Source: a virus (Duplodnaviria > Heunggongvirae > Uroviricota > Caudoviricetes). Taken from it: 13,042 bases of DNA. Shown in pieces: positions 1 to 6,843 of the stretch. The stretch lies in the IMG/VR virus record IMGVR_UViG_2698536506_000001, positions 1 through 13,042 of that record, one strand, 5' to 3'. Position numbers and translations under genes: made by a program. The notes under the pieces are model-generated. The model was not told the DNA's origin. It ran no database searches and worked only from the letters and a program-made list of their open reading frames with translations. Positions within the stretch are counted from its first letter, which is position 1, and each line of letters begins with the position of its first letter.

Positions 1-1
1 G

Positions 2-316
2 GTTTCTTTTAAAGGTTATTACGGTGATCTGGCCATCATGGTGGCGAAAACAACGTATGTTGATGAAAACGGGGATGAGCAGCGTTATCTGCCGGAAGGC
101 ACACTGATTCTTGGAAACACTCAGGTGGAGGGTGTCCGTTGTTATGGCGCAATCCAGGATAACCAGGCGCTGAGTGAAGGGATCACCTCTGCAATTCGTT
201 ATCCGAAACACTGGCTGGAGGTGGGTGATCCTGGTTGCGAATATACCATGACGCAGTCTGCGCCGTTGATGGTGTTGCCGGATCCTGACGCGTTTGTGGT
301 GGTTCAGGTGAAATAA
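2..316 (+). CDS. Major capsid protein, lambda gpE family (C-terminal fragment; 5' end is upstream of the window)
   Basis: Frame is open from position 2 to TAA at 314-316; the track ORF 38..316 is only the first in-frame ATG. Translation ...KGYYGDLAIMVAKTTYVDENGDEQRYLPEGTLILGNTQVEGVRCYGAIQD...IRYPKHWLEVGDPGCEYTMTQSAPLMVLPDPDAFVVVQVK aligns closely with the lambda gpE C-terminus as I recall it (...LGNTQARGLRTYGCIQD...ARYPKNW...FTMIQSAPLMLLADPDEFVSVQLA). Recalled homology, not searched. Confidence 0.8.
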   Translation, partial: VSFKGYYGDLAIMVAKTTYVDENGDEQRYLPEGTLILGNTQVEGVRCYGAIQDNQALSEGITSAIRYPKHWLEVGDPGCEYTMTQSAPLMVLPDPDAFVVVQVK

Positions 317-320
317 GGTC

Positions 321-346
321 AGGCGGGATATTCCCGCCTTTTTCTT
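321..346 (+). terminator. Rho-independent terminator-like hairpin plus T-tract downstream of the capsid gene
   Basis: AGGCGGG (321-327), loop atatt, CCCGCCT (333-339) is a perfect 7-bp GC-rich stem, followed by TTTTTCTTT. Seen directly in the sequence. Confidence 0.55.
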
Positions 347-366
347 TATCGCACGGGAGAGATGTG

Positions 367-732
367 ATGACAAAAGAGCAGATGACGGAACGCCTTCAGG
401 CGCTGGCAGTGATTCTGGGGCGTGAAGCAGATATTTCAGGTTCAAAGGCCGATCTTGAGCAGCGCCTGGCGGAATGGGAAGAGGAGGCCGCCGGATTCGA
501 TGGGGAGGATACCGGGGCGGAAGAGGTGGACAACGATGCATCCGGCGACGGGATGCATTCTGAGCGGGGACTCGTCCGGGTGCGCATGCTGAAAACAGCG
601 CATATGCCAGCCTGTGATGCTGTGACGGGAAAAATGTTGATGTTCGCCCGGGCCTCCAGTGTTGTGCTGGTTAATGAAGCCGCAGTTCCTGCGTTGCTGG
701 CGGACGGTCTGGCAGAAAAAATCCGGGAGTGA
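367..732 (+). CDS. Head DNA-packaging / head-completion protein, lambda FI-like
   Basis: ATG at 367 sits 6 nt after GGGAGA (355-360); GTG at 364 is an alternative start. Position is immediately after the capsid gene, as in lambda. N-terminus MTKEQMTERLQALAVILGRE...GSKADLEQRLAEWEEE resembles recalled lambda FI (MTKDELIARLRSLGEQL...GTKEELALRVAELKEE). Acidic middle region. Confidence 0.6.
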   Translation: MTKEQMTERLQALAVILGREADISGSKADLEQRLAEWEEEAAGFDGEDTGAEEVDNDASGDGMHSERGLVRVRMLKTAHMPACDAVTGKMLMFARASSVVLVNEAAVPALLADGLAEKIRE

Positions 733-1136
733 TGATGTCCGATAATCTGTTCGATCAGGCCATGAGTGATGCGGATGACATCATCCTGGATACGATGGGG
801 ACGGAAATCAGCATATATCCGGGCGGCACGGAAAGAAAAATCCGTGCTGTTTTTGATGCCCCGGCAGATAACACCGGGATGAACACTGGCAGCGGCGAAA
901 TTCGTGATACTGCACCGGTGTTATTTACCCGGAGCGCATGGGTTGCCGGACTGAAAAAATATGACAGGGTCATGATCCACGGCGAACCCTACCAGGTGGT
1001 CGATCCTGGCTGGGATGAGTCAGGCACTGCGGGTCATGGTGTGATTACCATTACTCTTGCGCGGGGAGAACCCGGAAGAAGTACACCCGCCGCCCCTGTC
1101 CGACCGAGTAAACGTTATGACAGTCAGAGAGCATGA
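732..1136 (+). CDS. Head-tail joining protein, lambda FII-like
   Basis: Start ATG 732 overlaps the upstream stop (TGATG); ATG 735 is an alternative. Translation MMSDNLFDQAMSDADDIILDTMGTEISI...IRAVFDAP...PVLFTRS...IHGEPYQVVDPGWDESG follows the pattern of recalled lambda FII (MADFDNLFDAAIARADETIRGYMGTSATI...IRGVFDDP...PSLFVRT...IGEENFWVDRVSPDDGG). Confidence 0.65.
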   Translation: MMSDNLFDQAMSDADDIILDTMGTEISIYPGGTERKIRAVFDAPADNTGMNTGSGEIRDTAPVLFTRSAWVAGLKKYDRVMIHGEPYQVVDPGWDESGTAGHGVITITLARGEPGRSTPAAPVRPSKRYDSQRA

Positions 1137-1839
1137 ACGAAGCACTGTCCGGCAGCGACGGCTGGCACGAAACCTCGTCGTCGATATTGACGAGGATGAT
1201 GTGCTGAAAATTATCGCTAAACTGGGTGGTTCAAAAAGCCAGATCCGTAAAGCCTGGGGCGTGGCGCTGAAAAGAGCCGCGTCCGCACTGCGGATGAAGG
1301 CCATGGCAGAGTTTAAAAAACAGGTTGCGCCACGCAGCCAGAAAATGATCAAAAAACGTGTCCTGAATGCTTTTATCATTCGTCGAAATGGCGATGAGTT
1401 TGATGAGGCAAAGGTGTGGTTTGGCCTGAACGCCATCAAAGTACGTGATTTGCGCGGACGCATCAGTGGGGGACGACGCGGCGAACGCCATCAGTTGCGC
1501 GATGAACGGGGGCGTTTTGCACCGGCTTCCCGCCGCAGGAAAGTGCCGGAGATTCGTTTTAAACCTGCCGGGGAGGCAATACCGGTCACAACCTGGTCAG
1601 GTGAAGAGGCTTTTGTTAATGAGTTTGAGTCTGAAAACCGGCGCGGACGCATTTCACGACGTAAGACGGTACTGGTCAGGCAGGCATCCGGACGACGACG
1701 GGTGCGCGAAGCGGAAATTGATATTTATGAAGCCATGCTGAACCGTATAGAGGATTTTGTTTTCCCTGATGCGGAAGCACTGATCCTGAAAAATTTTGAG
1801 CATGAACTGAAATTCCGGGTATTTAAGGGGATGGAGTGA
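1117..1839 (+). CDS. Hypothetical arginine-rich virion/connector-region protein (about 240 aa); function unassigned
   Basis: Long ORF in the co-directional operon. The track start 1057 is a TTG; the first ATG is 1117 (MTVREHERS...), overlapping the FII-like gene by 20 nt. Contains two Arg-rich blocks sharing an RGRIS motif. Occupies the slot of lambda Z (after FII), but I cannot confirm homology by eye. Confidence 0.5.
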   Translation: MTVREHERSTVRQRRLARNLVVDIDEDDVLKIIAKLGGSKSQIRKAWGVALKRAASALRMKAMAEFKKQVAPRSQKMIKKRVLNAFIIRRNGDEFDEAKVWFGLNAIKVRDLRGRISGGRRGERHQLRDERGRFAPASRRRKVPEIRFKPAGEAIPVTTWSGEEAFVNEFESENRRGRISRRKTVLVRQASGRRRVREAEIDIYEAMLNRIEDFVFPDAEALILKNFEHELKFRVFKGME

Positions 1840-2402
1840 TGGAACCATTGATGATGGGAACCTGGCATCAGGCAGTGATTGACAGTCTGAAACAAATTCC
1901 CTGGGTGGAAGATGCCGATGAGTACCCGGAAAAAGTGACGCAACTGGTGACGCCTGCCGTGTTTGTGGATGTACCCGGATGGGACAAGGCTCAGTTTGCC
2001 GACGGGCAGACACGGGTCACGCTGAAATGCGATCTGTTTGTGGTGACAGACCGGGCCGGGAAGACGGAAAACGTGCCAAAACCGCAGATTTTTGCCCGCT
2101 GTCTGGCGATGGATTTATCTGACTGGATTGATGGAGCCACGTTCGGGCTGGATAACGTTGACCCGGCTGTTTTTATCGATGCTGAGGTGGATACCTTCGA
2201 CCGGCTGCTGGACGACTACATCGTTTTCCGTGTTTCTTTTGAACAGGACATTCCGGTCGGCGAAGATCCGTTTGCGGCTCCGGCAGGTGTGCCGTTACAG
2301 GAAGTCTGGCTGAGTAAAGTACCGGAAACCGGTAAAAAGCATGTGCAGGATTATCGTCTTATCTGGAAAGCGGAGGGCACCGGCGATGAGTCTGGCGGAT
2401 GA
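1839..2402 (+). CDS. Hypothetical protein (about 187 aa), candidate tail-completion / tail-terminator or neck protein by position
   Basis: ATG 1839 overlaps the upstream stop (GTGATG; GTG 1836 is an alternative). Lies between the lambda-type head-completion genes and baseplate gene V, the slot taken by lambda U or P2 R/S. Only weak, unconvincing resemblance to lambda gpU by eye. Confidence 0.5.
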   Translation: MEPLMMGTWHQAVIDSLKQIPWVEDADEYPEKVTQLVTPAVFVDVPGWDKAQFADGQTRVTLKCDLFVVTDRAGKTENVPKPQIFARCLAMDLSDWIDGATFGLDNVDPAVFIDAEVDTFDRLLDDYIVFRVSFEQDIPVGEDPFAAPAGVPLQEVWLSKVPETGKKHVQDYRLIWKAEGTGDESGG

Positions 2403-3009
2403 AGTGGCAGAGTTACGCCGCAGGGTGGCGGACATGGTCCGTCGTGGCGTGGTGGAAGAGGTGATCCCGGGTAACCCGGTGATGGTTCGGGTGGATATCG
2501 GGGATGTGCTTTCGCCGCCGTTGCCCTGGATTCAGATGCAGTCCGGGCGTTACATGCAGGTCAGTAATTACCCGGCACCAGGAGATGCGGTCACGGTGAT
2601 ATCGGAGGCGGGCGATCTGCGTAACGGTCGTGTGTATCCGGGGGCGAATATTGACGCCATTCCTGTACCGACGGGCAGTGAACACGAGCATGTTATTTTG
2701 TTTGATACTGGAACGGAAATCCGTTACGACCGTAAAGCCAATGCCCTGTCCATCACGCTGGCTGAAGGCGGCAGCTATAAAATTACCGGCAGGGGGACGC
2801 TGGACGGTCCGGTGGAAATCACGGATACCCTGACTGTGCAGGGAAAAACGAAGATTAATGCCGATACGCAGGTTATGGGCAATATCGGTGCCTCACAGGA
2901 GATCACCGACAAAACCGGTAGCATGAGTAAAATTCGCGAAATTTATAATACTCATGATCACCCTGGCGACAGCGGGGGAACCACCCGTAAACCTAACCAG
3001 GAAATGTGA
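2386..3009 (+). CDS. V: Baseplate assembly protein V (central spike), P2 gpV family
   Basis: ATG 2386 (MSLADEVAELRR...) is preceded by GGAGGG 7 nt upstream and overlaps the previous gene by 17 nt; the track start 2341 is less likely. About 207 aa, P2 gpV-sized. C-terminal ...HDHPGDSGGTT matches the gpV-family motif I recall (HKHPGDSGGTT). First gene of the V-W-J-I-H-G order. Confidence 0.8.
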   Translation: MSLADEVAELRRRVADMVRRGVVEEVIPGNPVMVRVDIGDVLSPPLPWIQMQSGRYMQVSNYPAPGDAVTVISEAGDLRNGRVYPGANIDAIPVPTGSEHEHVILFDTGTEIRYDRKANALSITLAEGGSYKITGRGTLDGPVEITDTLTVQGKTKINADTQVMGNIGASQEITDKTGSMSKIREIYNTHDHPGDSGGTTRKPNQEM

Positions 3010-3031
3010 ACGCCGCACCGGCGTTTTTTTT
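3010..3031 (+). terminator. Terminator-like hairpin plus T8 tract between V and W
   Basis: ACGCCG (3010-3015), loop CAC, CGGCGT (3019-3024) forms a 6-bp stem, followed directly by eight T residues. Seen directly in the sequence. Confidence 0.45.
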
Positions 3032-3043
3032 CGGAAAAATTTC

Positions 3044-3400
3044 ATGATTGGTATTGATTCCACCACCGGCAGATATCTGCACGGTAACGAACATCTGCGT
3101 CAGTCCGTCACCGATATTTTGTCAACACCAGTCGGCAGCCGGGTACTTCTCAGGGAATACGGCAGCAGGTTGTTCAGTCTGCTTGATAACCCGCAGGATG
3201 ATTTCACACGGGTGAGGATTGTCCGTGAGACGGTTACTGCTCTTGAACGCTGGGAACCGAGACTGACGATCCGCCGTGTGGAGGTGAGCTTCGGCGGTGA
3301 GGGAAATGTCATGTTGACGCTTTTGGGCGTGAATAACGAAACACAGGAAACAATTCGTCTGGAGGAAATCAGAATTGACAACGTCTCAGGCCATTATTGA
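3044..3400 (+). CDS. W: Baseplate wedge protein W (GPW/gp25 family)
   Basis: ATG 3044 (MIGIDSTTGRYLHGNEHLRQSVTDILSTPVGSRV...) gives 118 aa, the P2 gpW size. The track start 2954 would overlap the V 3' end and the hairpin. Position between V and J. Confidence 0.8.
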   Translation: MIGIDSTTGRYLHGNEHLRQSVTDILSTPVGSRVLLREYGSRLFSLLDNPQDDFTRVRIVRETVTALERWEPRLTIRRVEVSFGGEGNVMLTLLGVNNETQETIRLEEIRIDNVSGHY

Positions 3401-4289
3401 TTTGTCCGCGATACCTGTACCGGATGCGGTGGAGGTGCCGGACACCGCTGTGCTGGTCACTCAGATAGTGGCGAAATATCAGGAACTGGACACGTTGTTT
3501 TCGGCCCTGGTGGAATCAGATCCGGCGTATAAATGGGCGGAGGCGCTTGCTTTTCGGGTGGCGCTGATGCGCCAGCAGGTCAATGATGCAGTCCGGGCTG
3601 TACTGCTTGCCAGTGCCCGCAGGAACGATCTGGATCAGATTGGTGCGAATTTTCAGGTGCAACGTCTGGTGATTACTCCGGCAGATGACAGCACTATCCC
3701 GCCCACGCCTGCGGTGTATGAAGATGATGACGCTTTTCGCGAACGTATTCAGTTGTCATGGGCACGACTCAGCACCGCAGGCGCGAAAAACGCATACCAC
3801 TATTTTGCACAGAGTGCCGATCCTGATGTGCTGGATGTGAAAGCCTACGGGCCGGAAACGCATTCACAGGAAGGGCGTGTTTTTCTTTATGTGTTATCGC
3901 GAACCGGAAACGGTACGGCATCGCAACCCCTGCTGGATAAGGTGGCAGCGTCAGTCAATGATGATGAAATTCGACCTCTGACGGATTTTGTCAGTGTCCG
4001 TGCGGCAGAAATTATTCCCTACGATGTGGTTGCAGATATTCATATTCCCTACGGGCTGGATGGTGAACTGGTGATGAAAAATGCCCGTCAGGCGCTGCAG
4101 ACATACACTGACAGTGTTCACCGGATTGGTTCTGTGGCGTCCTGCTCCGGTATGGACGGAGCCCTGCATCAGACGGGGGTGATTACGGTGGCACTGAAAT
4201 CGCCGGTCAGTGATATTGTTCCGGCGATGGGACAGGCTCCATGGTGTCGCTCAGTCACACTGAACAAGGTGGAGACAACCGATGAATGA
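3375..4289 (+). CDS. J: Baseplate assembly protein J
   Basis: TTG start at 3375 with GGAGGA 8 nt upstream, overlapping the W 3' end. N-terminus ...IIDLSAIPVPDAVEV... resembles recalled P2 gpJ (MPIIDLNQLPAPDVVEEL...). 304 aa against about 302 for P2 J. Confidence 0.75.
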   Translation: MTTSQAIIDLSAIPVPDAVEVPDTAVLVTQIVAKYQELDTLFSALVESDPAYKWAEALAFRVALMRQQVNDAVRAVLLASARRNDLDQIGANFQVQRLVITPADDSTIPPTPAVYEDDDAFRERIQLSWARLSTAGAKNAYHYFAQSADPDVLDVKAYGPETHSQEGRVFLYVLSRTGNGTASQPLLDKVAASVNDDEIRPLTDFVSVRAAEIIPYDVVADIHIPYGLDGELVMKNARQALQTYTDSVHRIGSVASCSGMDGALHQTGVITVALKSPVSDIVPAMGQAPWCRSVTLNKVETTDE

Positions 4290-4863
4290 CATCATCAGAA
4301 GCATACTTCCTGTCAGCGCCAGCCGGGCAGAGCGGGTGGTGGACAGTACCGCCGGTGATATGCTGGCGGAAATCGCGGTCTGTCTGATCCGCTATGTAAA
4401 AAATCCCGATTTATGTCCGACGGAATTGCTGCCATGGCTGGCCTGGGAAATGTCGGTGGACACCTGGAATGAATACTGGACGGAGGCGGAAAAAAGAGCG
4501 GCGATAAAACGTGCCGCTTATATCCATCGTCACCGGGGAACAAAAGCCGCCCTGAACGAATCACTGACAGACAGCCCGTTCCGGTCACAGATTGTGGAGT
4601 GGTATGAGCAGACGCCACCAGGTGAACCCTATACCTTCCGGTTGAATGTGGAGCAGAAGGATTTACCGGTACAGATGAATGACTATCAGGATCTGAAGCA
4701 TGCGGTGCTCCGTGCCAAAAATCTGCGCAGCTGGTTCAGTGTTCATCTTTACGGAAACAGCAGGGGGCGTGTTTTTGGTTACGGTTATGTGATGGCAACA
4801 GAAAAAGTCAGTGGTATCAGTGCTGATGATACCCGGGGTATCCGGGATGAGTGGGTGGAGTGA
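4282..4863 (+). CDS. I: Tail protein I (baseplate)
   Basis: ATG 4282 overlaps the J stop (ATGAATGA). 193 aa. Position between J and H, with a conserved-looking LLPWLAWE.SVD.W block. Confidence 0.75.
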   Translation: MNDIIRSILPVSASRAERVVDSTAGDMLAEIAVCLIRYVKNPDLCPTELLPWLAWEMSVDTWNEYWTEAEKRAAIKRAAYIHRHRGTKAALNESLTDSPFRSQIVEWYEQTPPGEPYTFRLNVEQKDLPVQMNDYQDLKHAVLRAKNLRSWFSVHLYGNSRGRVFGYGYVMATEKVSGISADDTRGIRDEWVE

Positions 4864-4866
4864 GTT

Positions 4867-6240
4867 GTGGGTATGCATGGACTAGTTTTGACAACAGCCG
4901 GGGCAGCCGAAATTGAAGCTGCATATCATGCCGGTGAGGTGGTGACCATCAGTCAGGTGATGATTGGTGACGGGGGCGGGAAAACACTGCCCTCAACGCC
5001 GGATGAGATGGCGGCGATGGTCATGTTGTGTGGTGAGTTTGGTCGGGAGCCCTTTTCAGGCGGTGTGGTGGACGAAGGTTTTATCAGCGGAGATATTGTC
5101 ATTGACTGTCAGTCATACCCGGGTAAGACCCTGCGTGAGCTGGGCATGGTGAGTCATCGTGGTACGCTGATTGCGTATGGTCGTTATCCGGATACGTATT
5201 TACCGGCACAGACGGATTCCGTTATCAAGGAGGTGATACTGACACTGGTTCTTGCTCTTACACATACACAGAGTGTGACGCTGGAGGTGGATCCTCACAG
5301 GGCGATTATCACGCAGGAGGCCGGAGATAAACGCTATCTGCGCATCGGCGAGAATCTTGCCGATGTGGAAGATAAAGATGAAGCGGTTGATAACCTCGGA
5401 TTAAAACCTACGGTGGATAAAGCGAAAAATGCCGTTCAGCGTGATGGTGACACCATGACCGGGGAGCTGAAAATTGGCACGGTGAATGCGCTGCGAATTT
5501 TCGACGATGCTTTTGGCCTGATTTTTCGTCGTTCGGAAGAATATCTTCATTTTATCCCGACGTCTGAAGGACGGGGCGAAAACGGTGATATCGGCCCATT
5601 AAGGCCATTTGCTATAAATCTGAGAACAGGCGCTATATCAGTCAGCCACGGTGCAAAAATTGATGGTGGGCTGGCGCTTGGTACGAATAACGCATTGGGT
5701 GGTAATTCTATTACTCTCGGTGATAACGATACAGGTATAAAACAAAACGGCGACGGCATTCTGGATGTTTATGCTAATAATCAGCGCGTATTTCGCTTTC
5801 AGAATGGAGTTGCTATTGCTTTTAAAAACGTTCAGGCCGGGGATAGTAAAAAATTCACGCTATCCAGCTCCAACAGCTCCACGAAGAACGTAGGGTTTAA
5901 TTTATGGGGTAATCCATCCAGACCTGTAGTTGCAGAACTTGGTGATGATTCCGGCTGGCATTTCTACAGTCAGAGAAATACAGACGATAGCGTCACATTC
6001 GCTGTAAATGGGCAGATAACTCCATCAAACTACGGAAACTTTGATGCCCGCTATCAGACCAAAACAGGCGGCGTGCAGGATGTACGTCTGGGAAGCGCCA
6101 TTGGTATTGGACGCGGGGGAAATGCGCCATCAGGTCATTTACTGAGTGGTGTTGATGGCGGTGAAAGTGTGAACTGGGCCAATGCACGCCCGGTGCAGGT
6201 TCTGATTAATGGCGTCTGGAGAAATGTAGCGAGTTTGTAA
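4867..6240 (+). CDS. H: Tail fibre protein H (receptor-binding)
   Basis: GTG 4867 (or ATG 4873) starts 4-10 nt after the I stop. N-terminus ...LVLTTAGAAEIEAA...IGDGGGKTLP resembles recalled P2 gpH (...TVITTAGAAKLAAA...VGDGGGKLPVP). C-terminal about 230 aa (ALGGNSITLGDNDTGIKQNGDGILDVYANNQRVFRFQNGVAIAFKNVQAGDSKKF...NLWG...RPVVAELGDDSGWHFYSQRNTD) matches the conserved fibre C-terminal domain shared by P2 H, Mu S and related fibres. Confidence 0.85.
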   Translation: MGMHGLVLTTAGAAEIEAAYHAGEVVTISQVMIGDGGGKTLPSTPDEMAAMVMLCGEFGREPFSGGVVDEGFISGDIVIDCQSYPGKTLRELGMVSHRGTLIAYGRYPDTYLPAQTDSVIKEVILTLVLALTHTQSVTLEVDPHRAIITQEAGDKRYLRIGENLADVEDKDEAVDNLGLKPTVDKAKNAVQRDGDTMTGELKIGTVNALRIFDDAFGLIFRRSEEYLHFIPTSEGRGENGDIGPLRPFAINLRTGAISVSHGAKIDGGLALGTNNALGGNSITLGDNDTGIKQNGDGILDVYANNQRVFRFQNGVAIAFKNVQAGDSKKFTLSSSNSSTKNVGFNLWGNPSRPVVAELGDDSGWHFYSQRNTDDSVTFAVNGQITPSNYGNFDARYQTKTGGVQDVRLGSAIGIGRGGNAPSGHLLSGVDGGESVNWANARPVQVLINGVWRNVASL

Positions 6241-6242
6241 TC

Positions 6243-6788
6243 ATGATGCACTTAAAAAATATTACGGTACAAAACCCTAAAACAATTGAGCAATACCAGC
6301 TGGCGCGACAGCATAAATTTTTATTGTGGCTGTTCTCAGATGATGGACAGGAATGGCACGAAGCCCAGGAAAAATTTCTACCAGACACCCTGAAAGTTAT
6401 TTATGTTAAAACTGGCGAAGTGGTCTGGGTCGGAAAAGACATCACCTCAATCTGCCCGGAAAATAAAAGCGTGATTGAGTTGCCGGATATTACCGCTAAT
6501 CGTCGCATTGAAGCATCAGGCTACTGGTTTTACCGCAATGATGAATTTGTTTTCGACTACAAACTTAAAGCGGAAGACGAGCGTGATGCCCTGTTAAAAC
6601 AGGTCAGTATCATGACCAGCGAATGGGAAAAAGACCTGCTGCTGGGATTAATCAGCGACGAAGACAGGGAAAAGCTGAAAGCGTACCGCATTTACGCGAA
6701 ATCGTTGCAGGCGATGGATTTCAGTGCCATCAACGATAAAACCTCATATAACGCCATTGAGTGGCCAGTACCTCCACAAAACACCTGA
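6243..6788 (+). CDS. G: Tail fibre assembly chaperone (P2 gpG / Tfa family)
   Basis: ATG 6243 lies 2 nt after the H stop. MMHLKNITVQNPKTIEQYQLARQ...LWLFSDDGQEWHEA...ELPDITANRR resembles recalled P2 gpG (MQHLKNIKSGNPKTKEQYQL...LWSEDGKNWYEE...EVPDITSNRR). 181 aa. Confidence 0.85.
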   Translation: MMHLKNITVQNPKTIEQYQLARQHKFLLWLFSDDGQEWHEAQEKFLPDTLKVIYVKTGEVVWVGKDITSICPENKSVIELPDITANRRIEASGYWFYRNDEFVFDYKLKAEDERDALLKQVSIMTSEWEKDLLLGLISDEDREKLKAYRIYAKSLQAMDFSAINDKTSYNAIEWPVPPQNT

Positions 6789-6806
6789 AAAAGAAGTAAA
6801 TCAACT

Positions 6807-6830
6807 GACCGCCTCAGGGGCGGTTTTTTT
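6807..6830 (+). terminator. Rho-independent terminator-like hairpin between the fibre-chaperone gene and the sheath gene
   Basis: CCGCC (6809-6813), loop tcagg, GGCGG (6819-6823), extendable by A-T and G-T pairs, followed by seven T residues (6824-6830). Confidence 0.55.
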
Positions 6831-6843
6831 ATGGGAGAAATGT

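Noticed and set aside
1020-2013. Minus-strand ORFs (1020..1463, 1231..1491, 1654..2013, 1725..1943) overlapping the junction genes
   Set aside because: All lie antisense within a co-directional, translationally coupled operon and show no family resemblance.
2341-3043. Longer track starts for V (2341) and W (2954)
   Set aside because: Both extend into the preceding gene; the downstream ATGs (2386, 3044) give family-typical lengths and N-termini.
4867-6788. Possible invertible host-range segment (Mu G / P1 C style) around the fibre genes
   Set aside because: No recombinase ORF on either strand and no oppositely oriented alternative fibre gene; H and G are both on the + strand. I did not see flanking inverted repeats, but could not search exhaustively by eye.
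6724-6843. Upstream extension of the sheath ORF (track start 6724)
   Set aside because: It would overlap the tfa gene and read through the terminator hairpin; ATG 6844 has a ribosome-binding site and the conserved sheath N-terminus.
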